From Limnochordia bacterium (lineage in GTDB: Bacteria; Bacillota; Limnochordia; DTU080), in assembly GCA_050945315.1 (NCBI GenBank), contig JBMNSS010000001.1, positions 1,620-65,619 on the forward strand: a DNA stretch of 64,000 nt, in the 5' to 3' direction. Under the pieces are notes generated by a model. It searched no databases. It was not told the DNA's origin and worked only from the letters and a program-made list of their open reading frames with translations. Position 1 is the first letter of the stretch. Every line of letters starts with the position of its first letter. Below, one piece after another: positions 57,888 through 64,000 of the stretch. The translations under genes and the position numbers were made by a program.

Positions 57888-58430
57888 CTACGCGCTACGG
57901 AAAGGCATACCCAACGCCCGAAGCAGCTCATAGCCTTCCTCATCCGTCTTGGCCGTTGTCACAATAACAATATCCATGCCCCTGATCTTATCGATCTTGT
58001 CATAGTCGATTTCAGGGAAGACAAGCTGTTCCCGTAGCCCCAGAGAGTAGTTCCCTCGACCGTCAAAGCTCCTCGGCGAAAGGCCGCGAAAATCCCTGAT
58101 CCTCGGCAGGGTGACATTAATAAGTTTGTCGAGGAAATCATACATCCGTTTTCCGCGCAGCGTAACTTTGGCGCCGATCCTCATGCCGGTGCGAATTTTG
58201 AAGGCCGCCACCGACTTCTTAGCCTTAGTGACGACAGGCCTTTGACCTGTTATCGCCATCAGATCCGCGACCGCCCCGTCGAGAGCCTTGGGCTCTGCCA
58301 CCGCGTCTCCCACACCCATGTTGATGACTACCTTGCTTAGCGTGGGGACCTCGTTCACGTTCTCATAGCCAAAGTGCTCCTTGAGAGCAGGCTTCACTTC
58401 ATTTTCCAGTTTCTCTTTTAGGCGAGCCAA
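57888..58430 (-). CDS. rplE: 50S ribosomal protein L5
   Basis: [29 protein letters not shown]. Confidence 0.95.
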   Translation of the reverse strand: MARLKEKLENEVKPALKEHFGYENVNEVPTLSKVVINMGVGDAVAEPKALDGAVADLMAITGQRPVVTKAKKSVAAFKIRTGMRIGAKVTLRGKRMYDFLDKLINVTLPRIRDFRGLSPRSFDGRGNYSLGLREQLVFPEIDYDKIDKIRGMDIVIVTTAKTDEEGYELLRALGMPFRSA

Positions 58431-58450
58431 CCGTTGCCCCCCTTTCCCGG

Positions 58451-58774
58451 TTAGTCAATGTCTTTGCCACAGCGCTTGCATACACGCGTTACGCTACCAT
58501 CTGTCCCTCGTGACCGGCCGACTCGTGTCGCCTCATTGCAGTTGGGACATACGAGCATCACATTCGATATATGCACGGGTCCGGGGCGACTGACAATTCC
58601 CCCCTCGGGGTTAGCCTGTGAGGGACGTGTATGACGCTTTACGATGTTAATCCCCTCAACTACAACTCGTTGCGACGCACGGTCGACACTCAATACAGCC
58701 CCTGTCTTGCCGGCGTCTTCGCCGCTGACCACTTTCACGGTGTCGCCCTTGCGTACGTGCGCCTTTAACACCAA
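58451..58774 (-). CDS. rplX: 50S ribosomal protein L24 (uL24) with C-terminal C4 motif
   Basis: KOW domain [17 protein letters not shown]; the C-terminus carries CPNC...CKRC where Firmicutes L24 has D/K/K/S. Confidence 0.9.
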   Translation of the reverse strand: MVLKAHVRKGDTVKVVSGEDAGKTGAVLSVDRASQRVVVEGINIVKRHTRPSQANPEGGIVSRPGPVHISNVMLVCPNCNEATRVGRSRGTDGSVTRVCKRCGKDID

Positions 58775-58808
58775 CGGTACTCCTCCTTAACAAAACGGCG
58801 TCGGCTTC

Positions 58809-59177
58809 TCAAAGGACTTCCGGTGCGAGACTCACTATGCGCATGAAGTCCCGTTCACGCAACTCGCGAGCCACCGGGCCGAAAATACGAGTTCCTCTCG
58901 GCGCGTTCTGTTCGTTGATGACGACGGCCGCGTTTTCGTCAAAGCGAATATAGGAGCCATCCCGTCTGCCGGTGATCGCCTTGGTCCGTACAATAACGGC
59001 TCTGACGATCTCGCCCTTCTTGACCACGCCCCCGGGCGTTGCCTCCTTGACGGAAGCGACGATCACATCGCCTACTCGGGCATAGCGACGACGGGACCCG
59101 CCCAGTACTCTGATGCACAACAGTTCTTTCGCACCGGTATTGTCAGCTACTTTGACCCGCGATTCTTGCTGTATCAT
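58809..59177 (-). CDS. rplN: 50S ribosomal protein L14
   Basis: [28 protein letters not shown]. Confidence 0.95.
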   Translation of the reverse strand: MIQQESRVKVADNTGAKELLCIRVLGGSRRRYARVGDVIVASVKEATPGGVVKKGEIVRAVIVRTKAITGRRDGSYIRFDENAAVVINEQNAPRGTRIFGPVARELRERDFMRIVSLAPEVL

Positions 59178-59207
59178 CTTGTTCGCCCCCTTGGTTCCGA
59201 CGACTGG

Positions 59208-59474
59208 CTAGCGGGCTTTCTCCAAAACCTGGACGATGCGCCACCGCTTATCTTTCGATAGAGGGCGAGTTTCCATGACTCGTACCCGATCGCCAGTATT
59301 TGTTATATTCCCCTCGTCATGTGCCTTGAGTTTGACCGTTTGTCGCATCGTCTTCCGGTAGAGCGGGTGTTGAACCAGGCGCTCCACGGCGACGACGCGC
59401 GTCTTGTCCATTTTGTCAGACACTACAACCCCGACGCGAGTCTTACGCTGTTTGCGAACTGAAGTGTCGCTCAT
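59208..59474 (-). CDS. rpsQ: 30S ribosomal protein S17
   Basis: [23 protein letters not shown]; start at the Met after AGAAGGAGG. Confidence 0.9.
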   Translation of the reverse strand: MSDTSVRKQRKTRVGVVVSDKMDKTRVVAVERLVQHPLYRKTMRQTVKLKAHDEGNITNTGDRVRVMETRPLSKDKRWRIVQVLEKAR

Positions 59475-59487
59475 AAGGCCCCTCCTT

Positions 59488-59691
59488 CTACCCCCGCCCA
59501 ACGCCGAGCTGTCGCTCGCGCATGACCGTCTTTATCCGGGCAATGTCCCTGCGTACCAGCCGAAACCGCGCCGGATTGTCCAGCTGACCCGTGACCGCTT
59601 GAAAGCGCAAGTTAAACAACTCTTCCTTCAGATCGGCCAGGCGCCCATCCAGTTCAGATTCCGTGAGTTCTCTCAGTTCCTCAGCTTTCAA
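59488..59691 (-). CDS. rpmC: 50S ribosomal protein L29
   Basis: [31 protein letters not shown]. Confidence 0.95.
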   Translation of the reverse strand: MKAEELRELTESELDGRLADLKEELFNLRFQAVTGQLDNPARFRLVRRDIARIKTVMRERQLGVGRG

Positions 59692-60134
59692 TGTCCGTCA
59701 CCACCCGCGGCTTCTTCGGCTGCGACCATTTCCCGTTTGACAATCTTCGTCTTGATGGGGAGTTTATGCGCAGCAAGACGAAGCGCCTCTCTGGATAACT
59801 CCTCGTCAACTCCGCCAATTTCAAACATCACCCGACCGGGCTTCACTACGGCAACCCAGTACTCAGGTGCTCCTTTCCCGCTTCCCATGCGGGTCTCAGC
59901 GGGCTTTGCCGTCACGGGCTTGTCCGGGAAAATCTTCACCCAGACCCTGCCGCCACGTCTGATGTGACGGGTCATGGCAACACGGGCTGCCTCAATCTGG
60001 GTATTCGTAATCCATCCGGGTTCGAGCGCTTGCAGGCCGAACTCACCAAGGGTAACGCTCGAACCGCGCTCGGCCCTGCCCTTCATGCGACCGCGCTGAA
60101 CCTTGCGGCGCCTGACCCTTTTGGGCATGAGCAT
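59688..60134 (-). CDS. rplP: 50S ribosomal protein L16
   Basis: [19 protein letters not shown]. Confidence 0.95.
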   Translation of the reverse strand: MLMPKRVRRRKVQRGRMKGRAERGSSVTLGEFGLQALEPGWITNTQIEAARVAMTRHIRRGGRVWVKIFPDKPVTAKPAETRMGSGKGAPEYWVAVVKPGRVMFEIGGVDEELSREALRLAAHKLPIKTKIVKREMVAAEEAAGGDGH

Positions 60135-60136
60135 GG

Positions 60137-60805
60137 CTATTCCCCTCCCTGCGCGGTCCTCGCCTCAGTACTCTTCTGCGGCAGGACCTCGCCCTTGTAT
60201 ATCCAGACCTTTACGCCGATACGACCATAGGTAGTGCGAGCTTCCGAGAAACCATAGTCAATGTCGCCACGCAGCGTGTGTAAAGGCACAGATCCCTCAT
60301 TGGTCCACTCGGTACGGGCGATTTCAGCTCCGCCCAAGCGACCGGACACTTGAATCCTGATTCCTTTGGCGCCCATACGCATGGCACGCTGCTGAGCTTG
60401 ACGCATGGCCCGGCGGAACGAAATGCGTCGTTCTAACTGGAAAGCCACATTCTCAGCCACAAGCTGGGCATCCAGCTCCGCCTGCTTGATCTCAACAATG
60501 TTAATCTGGACCTGTCTGTCGGTCATGCGCTCCAACTCGGCCCGAAGCTTTTCAACCTCGGCGCCGCCGCGACCGATTACCATGCCAGGTCGTGCGGTGT
60601 GAATTGTTATTCGGGTGCGGTTGGCAGCCCGCTCTATCTCTGTTCGAGAAACGCCTGCCGTAAAGAAGCGTTCCTTGATCATCCGTCGGATCATCAAGTC
60701 TTCGTGCAGGAGGTCGCTGAACTCCTTACGACCAGCGTACCATTTGCCCTCCCAGTCCTTGATGATGCCAAGCCGCAACCCGTATGGGTGTACTTTTTGA
60801 CCCAC
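60137..60805 (-). CDS. rpsC: 30S ribosomal protein S3
   Basis: [24 protein letters not shown]; KH domain. Confidence 0.95.
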   Translation of the reverse strand: MGQKVHPYGLRLGIIKDWEGKWYAGRKEFSDLLHEDLMIRRMIKERFFTAGVSRTEIERAANRTRITIHTARPGMVIGRGGAEVEKLRAELERMTDRQVQINIVEIKQAELDAQLVAENVAFQLERRISFRRAMRQAQQRAMRMGAKGIRIQVSGRLGGAEIARTEWTNEGSVPLHTLRGDIDYGFSEARTTYGRIGVKVWIYKGEVLPQKSTEARTAQGGE

Positions 60806-60849
60806 GCGTTGCTCCCCCTTCTGACGTCACTGTCGACGCCGCTGTCCAA

Positions 60850-61185
60850 TTAGTCTTGTTCACGCAATACAACCGTAATATGGCTGGTGCGCTTGCGAAT
60901 CCGAGTAGCCATTCCCCTGGCTCGCGGCCGGATTCTTTTCAATGTGGCACCTTCGTCCACATAGACCTCAGCAACAATCATGTCTTCCGGATCGAGACTG
61001 TAATTGTTTAGGGCATTGGCCCCCGCAGAACGCACTATCTTTTCGACGTCTTCACAGGCGCGCCGGGGCGTAAGACCCAGGATGACTAAAGCCTCACGAT
61101 ACGTCCTACCCCGAATCAGATCGACGACAGCCCGCGCCTTGCGGGGTGAGACACGCAGGAATCTTCCAACTGCTCTCACTTCCAT
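60850..61185 (-). CDS. rplV: 50S ribosomal protein L22
   Basis: [26 protein letters not shown]; an alternative ATG at 61203 would add 6 aa. Confidence 0.9.
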   Translation of the reverse strand: MEVRAVGRFLRVSPRKARAVVDLIRGRTYREALVILGLTPRRACEDVEKIVRSAGANALNNYSLDPEDMIVAEVYVDEGATLKRIRPRARGMATRIRKRTSHITVVLREQD

Positions 61186-61206
61186 AGCCAGACTCTCCCT
61201 CAATAC

Positions 61207-61491
61207 CTACTTCAGGGCCGTAGAACGGACCGTGTGCGAACCGTGCCCCCGAAATGTTCGCGTGGGAGCAAACTCACCCAACTTGTGTCCAACCATCTCT
61301 TCGGAAATATAGATCGGTACATGTCGTCGTCCATCGTGAACGGCAATGGTATGCCCGACCATCGCCGGGAATATCGTCGAATCACGCGACCACGTTCTTA
61401 TGACCCGCTTGTTGCCGGATTCATTCATCTGTTCAATCTTAGCCATCAGACTAGGATGAACATAGGGTCCCTTCTTAAGCGAACGCCCCAA
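61207..61491 (-). CDS. rpsS: 30S ribosomal protein S19
   Basis: [15 protein letters not shown]... Confidence 0.95.
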   Translation of the reverse strand: MGRSLKKGPYVHPSLMAKIEQMNESGNKRVIRTWSRDSTIFPAMVGHTIAVHDGRRHVPIYISEEMVGHKLGEFAPTRTFRGHGSHTVRSTALK

Positions 61492-61539
61492 AGACCACTC
61501 CTCCTCTACTCAGATAGTGCTGAGCGTCGATCAGCCCGT

Positions 61540-62373
61540 TTAGCTCTGCTTGCGTCGACGGACAATCAAGCGATCCGATTTCTTACCTTTCTTCCGCGTA
61601 CGGGCTCCCAGTGTGGGTTTACCCCACGGCGTGAGCGGCCCGGGCAGCCCCACAGGAGCCTTACCCTCACCACCGCCGTGGGGATGGTCTACCGGGTTCA
61701 TAGCCAGGCCGCGTGTCTGCGGTCGGATGCCACGGTAGCGAGTCTTCCCCGCTTTTCCGACGGTGATGTTTTCATGATCCGTATTCCCAACTTGTCCAAT
61801 GGTCGCCCGGCACTCAACCAACACCATCCGAAATTCACCCGAAGGCAGACGTAACGTTGCGTAACGCCCTTCTCGAGCCATCACTTGCGCCGAAGTCCCC
61901 GCTGAGCGGGCGAGTTGCGCTCCGCGACCAGGATACAATTCGATATTGTGCACGGTGGTTCCCACTGGAATATTGGCCAATGGGAGTGCATTGCCAACTT
62001 TGATATCAGCGTCCGGCCCGGACACAATGGTCTGACCGACCTCTAAACCCAAGGGCGCAATGATGTAGCGCTTTTCTCCATCCGCATAGTGGATGAGAGC
62101 AATGCGTGCTGAACGATTCGGATCGTACTCAATGCTGGCTACGCGACCGGGGACACCGTCTTTGTCCCGACGGAAATCAATGATCCGGTACTTGCGCTTC
62201 ACCCCACCGCCGCGATGACGAGCGGTCGCACGGCCGGTGTTGTTGCGCCCTCCGCTCGACTTCAAAGGGACAGTGAGTGACTTCTCGGGTTTGGACCGTG
62301 TTAGCTCCTCAAACGTGCTAACGGACATATCCCGGCGGCCGGGCGTTGTAGGTTTATATATCTTCACGGGCAT
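61540..62373 (-). CDS. rplB: 50S ribosomal protein L2
   Basis: [18 protein letters not shown]...GRNNTGRAT. Confidence 0.95.
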   Translation of the reverse strand: MPVKIYKPTTPGRRDMSVSTFEELTRSKPEKSLTVPLKSSGGRNNTGRATARHRGGGVKRKYRIIDFRRDKDGVPGRVASIEYDPNRSARIALIHYADGEKRYIIAPLGLEVGQTIVSGPDADIKVGNALPLANIPVGTTVHNIELYPGRGAQLARSAGTSAQVMAREGRYATLRLPSGEFRMVLVECRATIGQVGNTDHENITVGKAGKTRYRGIRPQTRGLAMNPVDHPHGGGEGKAPVGLPGPLTPWGKPTLGARTRKKGKKSDRLIVRRRKQS

Positions 62374-62384
62374 GGTAACTCCCC

Positions 62385-62672
62385 CTATAGCCCTTCAAAG
62401 ATCTCGATGCTGTCGCCCTCGCGCAATGTCACAACAGCCTTTTTGCGCTCCGGACGTCGACCCTCAAACCGGCCCATCCTCCGTAGCTTACCGGGACAAC
62501 GCATCGTATTCACCGCCACTACCTTGACGTCAAACAACTCTTCAATCGCATCGCGAATCTGTGACTTATTCGCCCGCACGTCAACTTCAAAGGTATACTT
62601 GTTCAGCGGGAGAAGATCGGTCATGGTCTTCTCCGTAATCACCGGGCGTATGACGATATCTCTGGCATTCAT
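62385..62672 (-). CDS. rplW: 50S ribosomal protein L23
   Basis: [16 protein letters not shown]. Confidence 0.95.
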   Translation of the reverse strand: MNARDIVIRPVITEKTMTDLLPLNKYTFEVDVRANKSQIRDAIEELFDVKVVAVNTMRCPGKLRRMGRFEGRRPERKKAVVTLREGDSIEIFEGL

Positions 62673-63292
62673 CGGGCTAACGCCTCCTCGAGCTGATTCA
62701 CCGCGTCGCGCGTGATCATCAGCTTATCATGACGCAGCACGGTATACGCATTGAGTGCCTCGGCTCGACTCAGCACAACACCCGGTATGTTGCGCGCAGA
62801 CAAGATCAGGTTTGCATTTGCCTCCGGCGTCACCACCAGGGCCTTTCCAGCCTGAAAAGTGTCCAAAACCTGCGCCATAAGCTTCGTCTTCGGCTCCGGT
62901 ATCTGCAAATCATCGAGAACAACAAGATCTCCCGATGCCACCTTAGCCGACAGCGCTGATCGCAATGCCGCTCTGCGAGCCTTCTTAGGCATCGCCTGGC
63001 GCCACTCGCGGGGCTGTGGTCCAAACACTACACCGCCCCCTCGCCACAGTGGCGATCTGACGCTGCCGTGGCGTGCGCGACCGGTTCCCTTCTGGCGCCA
63101 AGGTTTGCGACCCCCTCCGCGAACTGCTCCGCGGTTTTTCGCGCTCGCCGTGCCTTGGCGTCTATTGGCTTCATACATCAATACTGCCTGGTGCAGGAGG
63201 GCCTGATTTATCTCGGCTCCAAACACCTCGTCGTTCAGATCTATTTCACCGACCTGTCGGCCTTCCATATCGTAAACGGCCACCTTAGGCAC
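62669..63292 (-). CDS. rplD: 50S ribosomal protein L4
   Basis: [24 protein letters not shown]; GTG start after AGAGGAGG. Confidence 0.9.
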   Translation of the reverse strand: MPKVAVYDMEGRQVGEIDLNDEVFGAEINQALLHQAVLMYEANRRQGTASAKNRGAVRGGGRKPWRQKGTGRARHGSVRSPLWRGGGVVFGPQPREWRQAMPKKARRAALRSALSAKVASGDLVVLDDLQIPEPKTKLMAQVLDTFQAGKALVVTPEANANLILSARNIPGVVLSRAEALNAYTVLRHDKLMITRDAVNQLEEALAR

Positions 63293-63334
63293 TGTCGGGC
63301 CTCCTCTTCTCACAGATGCGTCTGGATAGCGGAA

Positions 63335-63976
63335 TTAGCGCTTGTGTTTTACAGTCTCCTTCACCATCAACAAGCCCCCGTTGGGACCTGGCACGGAACC
63401 CTTAACCAGAAGCAGATTACGCTCCGCGTCTATCTTTACTATCTGTAACCCTTGCACTGTGCGCCGCTCGCCACCCATACGGCCCGGCAATTTCCGCCCT
63501 TTGAAGACTCGAGCCGGGTCAACAGCTCCCAAGGTTCCCACACTCCGATGGAAATGAGACCCGTGCCCCTTGGGGCCGCGCCGGAAGTTGTGACGCTTGA
63601 TAACTCCCGCAAAGCCCTTGCCTTTTGTGATGCCTACGACATCCACGTACTCACCTGCGGTGAATACCTCTTCGACCCTCAGCTCATCACCCACTTCAAG
63701 AGCCTTCATGAACTCAGAGTCGTCGATGCGAAACTCTCTCAATGCTTTTGCCGGAACCACTTGTGCTTTGGCAAAGTGACCGCGCAAAGGCTGATTCACA
63801 TTCTTCAGCTTGTCACCGATACCCAACTGAACGGCACCGTAGCCGTCCGTTTCCGGTGTCTTCTTCTGCACCACGCGCACCGGCCCGGCCAGAATAACCG
63901 TCACCGGTACAGCATGACCATCGTCGGTGAAAAGCTGGGTCATCCCGATTTTGTACCCCAGTGTTCCCTTTGGCAT
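63335..63976 (-). CDS. rplC: 50S ribosomal protein L3
   Basis: MPKGTLGYKIGMTQLFTDDG; GGGGGA Shine-Dalgarno. The rpsJ stop (TAG at 63995-63997) and the rest of rpsJ lie beyond the window. Confidence 0.95.
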   Translation of the reverse strand: MPKGTLGYKIGMTQLFTDDGHAVPVTVILAGPVRVVQKKTPETDGYGAVQLGIGDKLKNVNQPLRGHFAKAQVVPAKALREFRIDDSEFMKALEVGDELRVEEVFTAGEYVDVVGITKGKGFAGVIKRHNFRRGPKGHGSHFHRSVGTLGAVDPARVFKGRKLPGRMGGERRTVQGLQIVKIDAERNLLLVKGSVPGPNGGLLMVKETVKHKR

Positions 63977-64000
63977 CCGTGTTCCCCCTAACGCCTATAA

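Overview
This is a GC-rich bacterial chromosomal window with a gene order typical of Clostridia/Bacillota. Nearly all of it is protein-coding, and no rRNA, tRNA or CRISPR array was found. The right third (43.5-64 kb, all minus strand) is the conserved ribosomal-protein super-cluster: rplC-rplD-rplW-rplB-rpsS-rplV-rpsC-rplP-rpmC-rpsQ, with rpsJ just beyond the window edge. It continues with the spc operon (rplN through rplO, including a Zn-ribbon type-Z S14), then secY-adk-map-infA-rpmJ and the alpha operon rpsM-rpsK-rpsD-rpoA-rplQ. A terminator follows, then an ECF-transporter gene, truA and rplM-rpsI with their own promoter and leader. The left two thirds carry housekeeping and metabolic genes:
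- RNase HI and a PRK/uridine-kinase-family protein.
- A trimeric (NuoE/NuoF-like plus catalytic subunit) [FeFe]-hydrogenase operon hydCBA.
- A 1045-aa secreted HExxH-peptidase/PD40-propeller/beta-rich protein.
- An Fe-ADH, a short MscS-like channel, two sugar-phosphate isomerase (TIM-barrel) genes and TypA/BipA.
- A LysM/PG-binding protein, YigZ, Nth, KDPG aldolase and signal peptidase I.
- An MBL hydrolase, an M16 peptidase pair and a LolA-like protein next to an RND pump.
- A BadF-type sugar kinase, a LarA-like protein, PBP1A, a ROK regulator and a ceramidase-like protein.

The observations most worth a second look are these:
(1) A dispersed SOS-mutasome-like locus. An ImuB-like (catalytically dead Y-family) gene sits 3 kb from a short DnaE2-type polymerase gene. 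That polymerase gene is directly preceded by an unannotated small ORF resembling the ImuB C-terminal region, and by a consensus promoter carrying two tandem GAAC-N4-GTT-type boxes.
(2) A single ORF that fuses both ECF-transporter ATPases (EcfA1, EcfA2) with the EcfT transmembrane component.
(3) A uL24 with a C4 zinc ribbon.
(4) The giant peptidase/propeller/barrel-like protein.
(5) A TPR protein with a degenerate HD-GYP domain next to a small secreted Gly-rich repeat peptide.
(6) A membrane protein combining a degenerate MPN/JAMM domain with LysM.

All calls rest on reading motifs in the supplied translations and DNA; no database search was possible.
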